This document shows positions 26,735 through 35,818 of a DNA stretch of 54,652 nucleotides, in pieces. Location: NCBI GenBank assembly GCA_947627475.1, contig CANQWE010000001.1, positions 73,069 through 127,720 of the forward strand, read 5' to 3'. The notes under the pieces were generated by a model. It was not told where the DNA came from, searched no databases, and saw only the letters and a list, made by a program, of their open reading frames with translations. Each line of letters opens with the position of its first letter. Position 1 is the first letter of the stretch. The DNA comes from an uncultured Clostridia bacterium (GTDB taxonomy: Bacteria > Bacillota > Clostridia > Oscillospirales > CAG-272). Position numbers and translations under genes: made by a program.

Positions 26735-29293
26735 ATGAAAAAAGCTGCAATTTTCATTGCATTATTGCTTATATTGACCAGTCTGATCCCCGCAGCTGCC
26801 GGAGCAGCCGCGGCGCCGGAGCGTACGGAAGCGTTTATTCCCCAATCCAGTGCGTATTTGGGGCATCCTGATTTTGCGCCCCTTGCGGTTTTGGCAGACG
26901 GATCTTTTTCTATAGGCGAGGATACGATCCATTTTGGCTATACCACGAAAATTGCACAAATTTATCGAAGTGAACCGTATCCTTCCACAGTGCATACGTT
27001 TTCTGATGGAAAGCTTCTCTATACGGTGCAGCTATTCGTCAGCCCTTTGTCTCTGGAGGAGGGAACGTGTCTGGTGTTATATGCCCGCCTCGCCACTGAA
27101 AACATTGCAGAGGAAAACGTGCCGTTTCCCACTGTATCGGACAGTCTGATTTCTTTGACGCAGGAGCCCGGTGAAGTTTCTCCTGGGAGTAAGGCTGTCT
27201 GTGACTTTGCAGTGGTTGTGGACGCGGAAGTGGAGTCGCTGCCTGCAGCAACACCAGAGCAGCTGGGGACCTTTGACGACAGCATGCAGGCCATGGAGGC
27301 GTATTGGGATACACAGCTTGCCGGCAGCTTTTCCTTTACAGAGATGCCGGAGGAAGCGGAAAATTTGGACCTTTCTCTGCAAACAGGATATATCGATCTG
27401 CTCTGCGGAATTTCTGGGGACAGCTGCGGAGACTATGCTTCTCTACTGCAAAAGCCCCCGGCGGATTTGTCTTCTATGACCTGTTTTGATACGGCGCTCT
27501 ACTTTATAAAAACGGGAGATACGGCCCTTCTTGATTCCAAATGGGAGGAACTCCAGAGCCGATACGAAGCTTTTTGCAGTGCAATAAAAACTTATACTTT
27601 TACGGCGGCAGGACAGGAAGAGACCGTGCATCTGCTGCCCGGTACCGATGCAGAATCAGCCTTGGCAGACAATTTGGACGCGTTGACTCAGCTGAAGGCT
27701 TTTGCATATTTGTGCCGTGCAAGGGACCCTGAAAGAGAGGTTGCGGTACAGACTGCTTATCAAAATCTGCTTTCCTCCGTGGAAACTACAATGCGCAATA
27801 CGGTATCTTACTGCACATCCCACTGGTCCGCTACAACTTTAAAAGGGGATCTTTCGGCGGGAATCTTTCCTTTATCTGCAAACAGCAGCGCTGCCGCTGC
27901 TGTTGAATGGTACAAAAAAGACGCTGTATTTGCTGCGCCGGGAGGCGGTACATACCTGAAACGGCTTGCACGTCAGCAGCTTCCCTATATAGATCAATCA
28001 GATTCTATTGATGCAGTGGTATATCAGCTGGAGGATGAAACCATTATACTTGGACAGGGAATTTCCGGCGCCTGGCTTCGTCAGGGGGAAACGCTTTCTT
28101 TTGAAAACTATCCGCTTGCGGGCGGCGGTAAGCTGGACTGTACCATTACCAGCGAGAAAGATGAGATCCAAGTCCAGTTGTCTCCTACTACGCCCACGGC
28201 AGCTTCCCTGGAGTTACCTGTTTTTTTGAATAATATAGAATATGCCTCCTGCGGATTTGATTCGGAAAACGGAATTGTCAGCGTTCCCGCGGGGATAACT
28301 GAGATTACAGTGCATCTTGAACAAAGCGTTGAGGAAGTTGTAAAGGCGCATCAGAATGAGCGTGGGCTGGAAATGGCCATTGCCGCTTATGAGGGAATAA
28401 ATTTAGATGTATATACAAGGTATTCCGTTTCCTTGTTTGAACCTGCATTGGAGGACGCCAAAGCCGCCCGTACCGGGCCGGCGTCGGATATGCACAACGC
28501 TGCGGCCCAGCTAAATAAGGCGGGGAAAATGCTGTCCCCCATCCAGTCTGGTTATGCATTGACTATGGCCCAGGAGAGCGACCGGCTGCCAAATACGCTG
28601 AAAGCAGAAAAAATTTGCCAGACCTTTTCTACCGCCGGTGCCGGTACACTGTCAGAAATATGGGTGACAGGGACATATACTGAGGGGATTACTGCCGCTC
28701 TTTACAGTCTGCAAAAGGACGGATATTCCCCGGGGGAACTGCTGGCGGAGGCCAAAGGCGTACAAGCAGATGGGGGCATTCTATTTGAGTTTTCCGCAGA
28801 TTTGGAGGCGGATGCCGGATACTTGCTGATTCTGTATGCACAGGCCGGAGAGGTGGAGCTGCCTGTATATCAGAAAACACAGGACGTACAGCTTTTGTAT
28901 GGACAGCAGGGGCAAAACAGCACAGCGTATGATCTTACCTGTATCGGTGTGACCATCCGGGTTACCCAGGCCAATTTGGAAGACTTGGATACCTTTTTGG
29001 AAAAGTGCGTCAGTGCGGACATTTCTTCCTATACAAAAGAATCCCGCAATCGTCTGGAGGAGGAAATGCAGGATGCAAAGGATGTTCTGTGTACCCAGTC
29101 TGTTTCAGAGGATGTATACCGATCTGTCTATAATGATTTAAAGGACGCTTATGCGTCGCTTGCTACCTATCCTTCTGACGATCCGGTTGAAGATACGCCA
29201 CCCGCCTTGTACATTGTGCTGGGTATTGCTGTGGCTTTGCTGATTGCCGGCGGGGTCGGCGCGGTAGCGTCTTATAAAAAGCGGGAATGGTAG
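26735..29293 (+). CDS. Large exported, C-terminally membrane-anchored protein with two FIVAR-like helical modules
   Basis: Signal peptide; YTRYSVSLFEPALEDAKA and YTKESRNRLEEEMQDAK repeats; C-terminal TM helix plus KKR. Confidence 0.65.
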   Translation: MKKAAIFIALLLILTSLIPAAAGAAAAPERTEAFIPQSSAYLGHPDFAPLAVLADGSFSIGEDTIHFGYTTKIAQIYRSEPYPSTVHTFSDGKLLYTVQLFVSPLSLEEGTCLVLYARLATENIAEENVPFPTVSDSLISLTQEPGEVSPGSKAVCDFAVVVDAEVESLPAATPEQLGTFDDSMQAMEAYWDTQLAGSFSFTEMPEEAENLDLSLQTGYIDLLCGISGDSCGDYASLLQKPPADLSSMTCFDTALYFIKTGDTALLDSKWEELQSRYEAFCSAIKTYTFTAAGQEETVHLLPGTDAESALADNLDALTQLKAFAYLCRARDPEREVAVQTAYQNLLSSVETTMRNTVSYCTSHWSATTLKGDLSAGIFPLSANSSAAAAVEWYKKDAVFAAPGGGTYLKRLARQQLPYIDQSDSIDAVVYQLEDETIILGQGISGAWLRQGETLSFENYPLAGGGKLDCTITSEKDEIQVQLSPTTPTAASLELPVFLNNIEYASCGFDSENGIVSVPAGITEITVHLEQSVEEVVKAHQNERGLEMAIAAYEGINLDVYTRYSVSLFEPALEDAKAARTGPASDMHNAAAQLNKAGKMLSPIQSGYALTMAQESDRLPNTLKAEKICQTFSTAGAGTLSEIWVTGTYTEGITAALYSLQKDGYSPGELLAEAKGVQADGGILFEFSADLEADAGYLLILYAQAGEVELPVYQKTQDVQLLYGQQGQNSTAYDLTCIGVTIRVTQANLEDLDTFLEKCVSADISSYTKESRNRLEEEMQDAKDVLCTQSVSEDVYRSVYNDLKDAYASLATYPSDDPVEDTPPALYIVLGIAVALLIAGGVGAVASYKKREW

Positions 29294-29300
29294 GGTATGG

Positions 29301-29329
29301 AAAAAGAGGGGTAAAGCCCCTCTTTTTTT
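29301..29329 (+). terminator. Terminator, AAGAGGGG family copy 2
   Basis: AAAAAGAGGGGT-aaa-GCCCCTCTTTTTTT. Confidence 0.8.
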
Positions 29330-29430
29330 GATGCCCCCAGGGAGGGAAAAACTCCTTTTGCCGCACCCGGCAAAAGGAGTATTTGCTTTCCGATACGGGA
29401 AAAATAGCATGAAGACTTCTGTTTCGGGGG

Positions 29431-29692
29431 TAGAAAAGAATTTGTTTCTTTCCAAAAGAAAGGAAGAATGTTCCTTTTCCAAGGGAAAAAGAAAAGGACG
29501 TTCCTTTTGTGATGTGACAAAAGGAACCAAAAACACAGAAAAGGGAAGGGGGATTCCCCTTCCCTTTTCAAACCCAACCCCTTTGACAAGTGCGGGCAAA
29601 GCAAACTTTTTGGTATGCACTGGGCTTGCAGAAACTGCAAGATGTATGTAAAACAAAAAGAAATAGAACAGAAAAGCAGAGACAAATAAAAT
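29431..29692. repeat. Structured intergenic module X, copy 1 (copy 2 at 43921-44178)
   Basis: Colinear similarity over ~260 bp, including the identical hairpin GAAAAGGGAAGGGG-gatt-CCCCTTCCCTTTTC, plus GGTATGCACTGG and GACAAATAAAAT. Confidence 0.85.
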
Positions 29693-29745
29693 ATGCAGAG
29701 ATATTATAAGCTTCCAAGGCGGTGTCAGCAAAGCCTCATTCCATT

Positions 29746-30027
29746 AAGCCCCCCTTTTTTAAAGGGGGGAAGTCAGCGTAGCTGACGGGGGGATTGTTAG
29801 GAATACAATCCATTTCCCGCTGCAGCAAGATGGAAGGAAACAACCCCTCAGTCGGCGCTGCCGCCAGCTCCCCTTAACAAGGGGAGCCATATAGTTTGAG
29901 CGTGCTCTGCCCACAGCACCCCAACGTCTCAAAGCGACTCTGGAGGAGTTTCCTCGCGTGCCGCATCACAGGGGAGCCATATTGTTTGTATGTGCTGTGT
30001 CGACAGCTTTCCTTTCTAAGGGGAGCT
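29746..30027. repeat. Cluster of REP-like units (one inverted, three tandem)
   Basis: GCCCCCC..GGGGGG-GTCAGCGTAGCTGAC, then three units ending in AGGGGAGC; GGGGAGCCATAT recurs at 29881 and 29971. Confidence 0.75.
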
Positions 30028-30039
30028 GAATAGATGCAA

Positions 30040-30305
30040 GCCCCCATAGAAGTTGCTACCGAGGGCGACGGGGGCTTACAAAGTCTGTACAAACTTTGCG
30101 TAAGGTGGATAGCCAAGGCAAGCCATTGCAGGGCCTGCAATAGTGCTGGGGTCAGACATCTGGGTACAGACTGAAAGTCAGTACCAAACAAGCGCGATAG
30201 CAAAGCCGAGGTCCGTGGGGCGCACTTTTGGTGTACTTTGTGCAGCAAAGTACCATTTTCCTGCGCTGAGGAAAAGTACCATTCGTTCCCTGCTTTCAAA
30301 AGCAG
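30040..30305. repeat. Structured intergenic module Y, copy 1 (copy 2 at ~43661-43922)
   Basis: Shared CAAACTTT, TGCAGG..CTGCAA, ATAGCAAAGCCG and ACTTTTGGTGTACTTTGTGCAG(C)AAAGTACCATT. Confidence 0.8.
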
Positions 30306-30365
30306 AAACTCCCCCGCGAGAGCGAACGAGAGCACATCTCTCTCGCTCCCATGTAGCGCGGAGCG

Positions 30366-31313
30366 TTAATAAAACGTAGCGACAGCCGGATCCGGTGCTG
30401 ACGCAGGTTCTACCTTTTGTGCCAGCAGCACCGGACCTTCTCCTGCATACACTTTGTGATTTTTTACCTGAATTTCCCCGGTCACCGTGATCCAATCATA
30501 ATTTTTATAGTCGTCGCTTCTGCCCCACTTACAGATCATAGCGCTGAACTGGATATCCTCTGCACAACAGATCATCACGTGACGGCCTGCAAACATCCAG
30601 CCGGTACCCAGGCTTTTCTCCTTTGCCACCATGGCCTTAAACTGCACGGTTTTGCCATGATACGCAGACAGATTTTCGCACAGATCCCGGTAAAAAATGG
30701 CGTAGTCTCTGTCCTCGATCACAACGATGGGGGCCTCCATGTCGTAGGGCAGAGGATCTTCTATATCATCGTAGGTGGTCTCACCATTTACGTTTTCATA
30801 TATAATAGACGCCATCCGAGAAAGACCCCGTACGATTTTGTGCAGCTCTGTACAATCTGCGCCCACCGCCGTGCGGTTGAAGATGATCATATCGGCGCTT
30901 TGGATCTTGTCCACTACCAGACTGCGCATGTTTTGATTGTAGGCGGAAAATGTGGTAGAGTCAAAAAATAGGATCTGCTGGCCGATGATCCAGTGCTCCG
31001 GCGCCGCTTCATATAAATCGGACATCTGCCACATACCGTTGTATTCTACCAGAATTTTGGTAGCGTCATGCTTTTTCTGTAAACGGATCAGCACCTCCGG
31101 AGACAGGTCCTCAGGCGAATCGATTTCTTCCAGGCATACGTCCGTCCCGGCAAATTCTGTGGGATCCAATTCTACCTCTCCCGTTTCACACAGCAGTACC
31201 AGGATCCGCTCTCCCTCACAAAACCGTTTGTCCATAAGGGTTTCCCTTATAAACGTTGTTTTTCCTGATTCCAGAAAGCCTGTTACCAGGTAGACAGGTG
31301 TATCTTGCATCAC
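30366..31313 (-). CDS. CobW/COG0523-like GTPase with C-terminal TIGR03943-like domain
   Basis: TGFLESGKTT, VEYNGMW, IFNR; C-terminal GRHVMICCAED. Confidence 0.8.
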   Translation of the reverse strand: MMQDTPVYLVTGFLESGKTTFIRETLMDKRFCEGERILVLLCETGEVELDPTEFAGTDVCLEEIDSPEDLSPEVLIRLQKKHDATKILVEYNGMWQMSDLYEAAPEHWIIGQQILFFDSTTFSAYNQNMRSLVVDKIQSADMIIFNRTAVGADCTELHKIVRGLSRMASIIYENVNGETTYDDIEDPLPYDMEAPIVVIEDRDYAIFYRDLCENLSAYHGKTVQFKAMVAKEKSLGTGWMFAGRHVMICCAEDIQFSAMICKWGRSDDYKNYDWITVTGEIQVKNHKVYAGEGPVLLAQKVEPASAPDPAVATFY

Positions 31314-31330
31314 TTGATTTCCTTTCCCCG

Positions 31331-32398
31331 TCAGCGGAACAATTCTTCAAGCGCCGCTTCCTGCAGACCGGATCCGATTACGCAGAGCCGGCCAGTTACC
31401 GCTGGCGTGCCTATACGGATGTCTGATTCTCCGGGAGTGTAGTCAAAGTGGAACCAGCCCGCGTCACCTGCTACAATCCCCTTGGCCCGCAGTACCATGC
31501 CGAATCGGCTCTCGTCTTCCAGTGCATGTAAAATCTCTTCCAGCCTGGCACGGGTATAGTGGGTTGCCGTTTCCTGTCCCCAGCTGATGAACACCTCGTC
31601 CGCGTGGTGGTGTCCTTCTCCATGGTGATGATCGTGTCCGCAGGAGCATCCCTCTTCATGGTGGTGGTGCCCGCAGCTGCAGTCCTCCCCATGATGATGT
31701 TCCGACTCGTCGTGCCCATGCCCGCAGCAGCCCGCTTCGTGATGATGGTGATGATGGCCGTCCTGTCCGCACACAGGGCAGGACTCCTCCGCCAATAGAG
31801 ACGCCTGGGGCTGCTCCATTGCCTTCAGCAGCTGCTCTCCGGTGAGCATGTCCCAGGGAGTGGTGACGATCAGCGCATGGCTGTTCTTCTCTTTTAACAA
31901 AGCAATGCAGTCGTTAATCTTTCCTTCCGCCATGTCCCCGGTATGACTGAGGACGATGGTACCGGCATGCTGGATCTGGTCGTTGAAAAATTCACCAAAG
32001 TTTTTCATATACATTTTACACTTTTTCGCATCCACCACAGTGGTACAGCTATTCAGGGAAAGCCCCGCATCTGCCGCGCCTTCTACTGCCCGGATCACAT
32101 CGGACAGCTTGCCCACGCCGGAAGGCTCAATGAGGATCCGGTCAGGGGCATAATCGCGATATACCTGCAGCAGGGCGGTGTTGAAATCCCCTACCAGAGA
32201 ACAGCAGATGCAGCCGGCGTTCATTTCCCGGACCTGCACCCCGGATTCCTCCAGAAATCCCCCGTCGATGCTGATGTCTCCAAATTCATTTTCGATAATT
32301 ACCAGCTTTTCTCCGGTATAAGCCTGGGCAATGAGTTTCTTAATCAGCGTGGTTTTTCCCGCACCAAGAAATCCGGAAAAAAGATCGATTTTTGTCAT
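31331..32398 (-). CDS. CobW/COG0523 GTP-binding metallochaperone with His/Cys-rich insert
   Basis: SGFLGAGKTT, ENEFG, GCICC, IEPSGVG, poly-His stretch, LRAKG; GGAGG RBS before MTKID. Confidence 0.9.
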   Translation of the reverse strand: MTKIDLFSGFLGAGKTTLIKKLIAQAYTGEKLVIIENEFGDISIDGGFLEESGVQVREMNAGCICCSLVGDFNTALLQVYRDYAPDRILIEPSGVGKLSDVIRAVEGAADAGLSLNSCTTVVDAKKCKMYMKNFGEFFNDQIQHAGTIVLSHTGDMAEGKINDCIALLKEKNSHALIVTTPWDMLTGEQLLKAMEQPQASLLAEESCPVCGQDGHHHHHHEAGCCGHGHDESEHHHGEDCSCGHHHHEEGCSCGHDHHHGEGHHHADEVFISWGQETATHYTRARLEEILHALEDESRFGMVLRAKGIVAGDAGWFHFDYTPGESDIRIGTPAVTGRLCVIGSGLQEAALEELFR

Positions 32399-32552
32399 GT
32401 AAATACCTCCGACTGCCGTAGAAATTTTTTGCAAGCGGCAGAAGCTTTCATAATCTTTCTCTTTGAGATATGCTCCTGCTTTTATTACGGCAGAAACACG
32501 TTTTTTTTGACTTTGCCCCATTGAAAGGTTGCGGAGAGAGTCGTCTGTTGTC

Positions 32553-32621
32553 ATCTCTCCCCCGACAGCTGCGCTGCCACCGCCCAAGCATCTTCCGCAC
32601 AGCCGCGTCAGAGGGGGCAAG
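32553..32621. repeat. REP-like element with expanded loop
   Basis: ATCTCTCCCCCGACAGCTGCGCTGCCACCGCCC...AGAGGGGGCAAG. Confidence 0.55.
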
Positions 32622-32697
32622 ACGCTGTCATCATAGGTGACTAAGGGGCAGTCCTTCTAACTCGCCTTTTGGGGACAGCGTCTTTCTTTTTATGAAA

Positions 32698-33423
32698 TTA
32701 CAGCTTTCGCACACGTTTCTTTATTTTATGGATATCTCCCAGCATATGCAGAGCATCGCCTACAATATGGATTTTAGAATCCCGATGGTTGATGATTCGT
32801 ACGGGCATTTCCGTAAGAGGATATCCTTTCTTCTGGGCAATTTTAATCATTTCCAAGTCAAAGGAAAAGCCGTCGATGGTGCACAGAGAAAAGATTTCCC
32901 GGGCGCATGCCCCGTCAAAGCATTTGAATCCGCACTGGGAATCGGTCAGACGAAACCCGGCACACACGGCGATCACTTTAATATATATTTTCGACGCCAT
33001 GCGCCGCAGGGGAGTATACCCTGCGTATCCATCCCGCCTTAAATTGCGGGATCCCAAAACGATTTTGTCTCCGGCAAGGATTTTTTTTGCTGCCGATCCG
33101 ATCACGTCGGTACCATAGGCCAAATCGCAGTCTGTATAAAGAACGATATCCCCTGTGGAGGCCAGCACAGCTGTACGCACAGCCGCTCCCTTGCCCCGGT
33201 TCTTTTCGTATCCGATACACTGTACTCGGGCAAGTCCCTCTTTTTGTATGGCCATCTGCAAAGCCTTTCGGCTGCCGTCCGTAGATCCGTCGTCGCAAAA
33301 CAGGATTTCCCAGTCCAGACCCTGCCGGGTACAAAAGGCAGAAACGGCGCGGGAAAGGGCGTGAGCAGTGTCCACACAAATCTCACGTTCGTTATACATT
33401 GGGATACAAACGGAAAGTTTCAT
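32698..33423 (-). CDS. GT2 glycosyltransferase (DPM/DPG-synthase-like)
   Basis: SVCIPMYNE, DDGSTD, NRGKGAAV, DCD, DSQCGFK, FSFDLE. Confidence 0.9.
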   Translation of the reverse strand: MKLSVCIPMYNEREICVDTAHALSRAVSAFCTRQGLDWEILFCDDGSTDGSRKALQMAIQKEGLARVQCIGYEKNRGKGAAVRTAVLASTGDIVLYTDCDLAYGTDVIGSAAKKILAGDKIVLGSRNLRRDGYAGYTPLRRMASKIYIKVIAVCAGFRLTDSQCGFKCFDGACAREIFSLCTIDGFSFDLEMIKIAQKKGYPLTEMPVRIINHRDSKIHIVGDALHMLGDIHKIKKRVRKL

Positions 33424-33434
33424 AATTGCTCCAT

Positions 33435-34289
33435 TTATAAAGTCAGTACGGTGAAATCCACTTCCACCTTTACGGTCAGGCTCTCACAGGCCAGCAGCCG
33501 CTGTCTGCCTTCGCTGGGACAGCGATAGTAAAAGGGAGTCATGGCAAATAGGCAACGGATCGCATCCTGGTGTGGCAGATGGATCGCATAGGAAAGAGTC
33601 TCTTTGTGGGCGACCGCAAAGCCTGCCGGCATTTGTACCCCTTCTCCTACACGGGGCCGTCCATACAGCTGACAGCGCAGCTCCCACAGATGCTCCCGTC
33701 CGGCACAGGCCACGATCAACGCGCCACCCGGCTTTAATATCCGGGCCGCCTCGACACCTGGGATGGGGGCGAAAATACTATACACAAGATCTGCGCATTG
33801 GTCTTCCAGGGGCATGGCAAAAATATTGCCGGCGATAAATTGCACGCCGTCTATTCCCGCGGCTCTGGCAAGCTTGGCTCCTGCCGCCGCACCGCTTTTG
33901 GCGGCGTCTATGCCGATACCAAAACAGGACGCGCTGCCATCCGGCAGATTCCGGGCGATGTTGCAGGTGTGGTATCCTTCGCCGCAGCCCGCATCTACGA
34001 AAAATTTTTTTGGATCCTTGTCAGTCGCTTCTCCGCCCAGCCGGGCGGCCGTCTCGGATATGGGATCATACCATCCCCCGGAAAGAAACCGGCTGCGGCA
34101 GCGGAGCATTTCCTTGTCGTCCCCTGCCCGGGCATTGTTTTTCTTGCCGGGAGGCAGCAGATTCACATATCCGGCGGCGGATATATCATAGCAGTGCCGT
34201 CGCGCTCCCCTGCAGTATAGACTGGCTCCTTCTTTTGTCAGGAGCGTGCCGCATATGGGACAGATCAGATGGGCAAATGTTTCTCCCAT
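33435..34289 (-). CDS. RlmA-like SAM-dependent rRNA (guanine-N1) methyltransferase
   Basis: N-terminal CPIC...C..H Zn finger, GYVNLL, DAGCGEGYH, MTPFY. Confidence 0.82.
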   Translation of the reverse strand: MGETFAHLICPICGTLLTKEGASLYCRGARRHCYDISAAGYVNLLPPGKKNNARAGDDKEMLRCRSRFLSGGWYDPISETAARLGGEATDKDPKKFFVDAGCGEGYHTCNIARNLPDGSASCFGIGIDAAKSGAAAGAKLARAAGIDGVQFIAGNIFAMPLEDQCADLVYSIFAPIPGVEAARILKPGGALIVACAGREHLWELRCQLYGRPRVGEGVQMPAGFAVAHKETLSYAIHLPHQDAIRCLFAMTPFYYRCPSEGRQRLLACESLTVKVEVDFTVLTL

Positions 34290-35431
34290 CAGCTGACCGT
34301 CTCCACAAGCTTTGCATGGAGGGCGTATCTGCCATCCGGCGCACCGTTGGTGCAGGTGGAGAAGGTGATCATCGTATCCCCGGAGGAAAAGGTTGCGTCA
34401 GAGGGAAATTTGGAGTTGGACACCACTTCTTTTGCAAATTCTAAGAAGGAGGCCTCTGTACCAAATTCGGTACGGAAATACTGATAGTCGGCGGTGGTTT
34501 GATAAATGGATACCGGCTGATAAATATATACGCCGTCCATGGTATAGATATAAATTTTCGAGTTGTAGAACGTGTCTTCATTTAAAAATTTGGTCACGTC
34601 GTGGAACATCATAGATCCCGCCGCTACGTTATGTCCGTACAGGACTGCATTATAGTTGTCGGTGATCAGGTCTTTGGTAGTAAAGTCTAAGAAAATAGAT
34701 CCGATAGGCAGATAGTTGTGATTATAGGAGTGATCCAAATAGTAATCGTTGTCCGTACCCCGCAGGATGGGGTAATTGATCTTCGTGTTTTCCACAAAGA
34801 TCCATCCGTATACGTCGCTGTTGATTTCCCGCAGGGACGTAAGGCTGGCGCGCATCTGCTCCAGCTGCTGGTCGTATCCGGTATTGTTAGAAGCGCCGCC
34901 GTCTCCCCTTCCGGAGTTGATTCTGTCAAACAGGGACTGGAGGGCCGCATCGCCGGAAAGGCAGGCCAGCGTGTTGTTCCATGGATATGCGCCGGAGGCG
35001 TTTGTCTGACCGGGGATAAACAAATTGAAGTTCTCTGAGGCGTCGTCGTATATCTTGCCGCCCTCGATTTTGCCCCAAATGTTCTGGCCCAGCATAATCA
35101 GGCTGACCACAAGAATAGAGCCGAAAATTCCAAGCAGAGCCAGCTGCAAAATATTTGCCGCCTTGCTTCTTTTTTTCGGGGGCGTACTTTCTGTATCGGA
35201 CGCCGCAGCTTTTTTTGCCATAAGCTCCTCCCTGGTAATTGTATCTACAGACTGGGTAAAATCCTCCTGGGTAAAGTCTTTGCTGCGGGGGATTTCCACA
35301 TCCGGTGCAGGCATCATGATAGGATCATCGTCTGTCTCATGTATTTCGTGAACTGTTTCTGTGACAGAAGCAGTCTCCTCTGCCGGTTCATCCTGGATAG
35401 GCAGGGCTTTTTTCTTTTTCTTTTTGGACAT
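34289..35431 (-). CDS. srtB: Class B sortase
   Basis: One TM helix; INSDVYGWI, INYPI, DNDYYL, YGHN, TFSTC...R catalytic residues. Confidence 0.88.
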   Translation of the reverse strand: MSKKKKKKALPIQDEPAEETASVTETVHEIHETDDDPIMMPAPDVEIPRSKDFTQEDFTQSVDTITREELMAKKAAASDTESTPPKKRSKAANILQLALLGIFGSILVVSLIMLGQNIWGKIEGGKIYDDASENFNLFIPGQTNASGAYPWNNTLACLSGDAALQSLFDRINSGRGDGGASNNTGYDQQLEQMRASLTSLREINSDVYGWIFVENTKINYPILRGTDNDYYLDHSYNHNYLPIGSIFLDFTTKDLITDNYNAVLYGHNVAAGSMMFHDVTKFLNEDTFYNSKIYIYTMDGVYIYQPVSIYQTTADYQYFRTEFGTEASFLEFAKEVVSNSKFPSDATFSSGDTMITFSTCTNGAPDGRYALHAKLVETVS

Positions 35432-35553
35432 GGCTGCTCCTTTCATTGGCATAAGGTAAAATACTACATCTTGATTATAGCCCCTGCCCTCTGGAATTAC
35501 AATAAGAAATATGTAAACAATCCCGAAATTTTATAGTTTCTTTTCATTTTCCA

Positions 35554-35582
35554 TTGCAAAAGTGCCCTATTTCATGTACAAT
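35554..35582 (+). promoter_or_regulatory. sigma-A promoter upstream of long hairpin and pth
   Basis: TTGCAA (35554-35559), 17 bp, TACAAT (35577-35582). Confidence 0.65.
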
Positions 35583-35602
35583 ATTACTCTGACAGAAAAA
35601 GT

Positions 35603-35818
35603 GCAGTCCCAGCAAATATGTGAAGGGAAGCGATAAGGACTCCCCTACCGCCGCTGACGTAATACCCAGCCTCTTGATATGACTGTGAAAGAGGCGTCCA
35701 GCAGCCTGCGTACAAGAGGATGGTGTATCCTCTCTAACGCCCCCTCATCAGAGGGGGCGCGCAGCGAGTCGGAGGGAGAGAAATGTAGATGTTCCATTTA
35801 TTCATTTGCCGGGACTGC
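35603..35818 (+). ncRNA. 216-nt rod-like structured element (6S RNA-like, or an enclosed REP doublet)
   Basis: 5' GCAGTCCCAGCAAAT pairs with 3' ATTTGCCGGGACTGC; the stem extends to a central bubble and an inner stem; lies just after a promoter. Confidence 0.4.

Noticed and set aside
29845-30027. CRISPR-like periodicity (GGGGAGCCATAT recurring at 90 bp)
   Set aside because: Only three degenerate units with irregular spacing and no cas genes; better explained as tandem REP units.
29138-30495. Several short ORFs in the repeat block, with similar translations at 43525-44220
   Set aside because: Similarity comes from the shared DNA modules; frames are not conserved between copies and the translations are low-complexity.
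31331-32620. Long N-terminal extensions in the ORF track (also at 41420, 17928, 53258, 10991)
   Set aside because: Downstream ATGs have good RBSs and match family starts; the extensions run through promoters or repeats.
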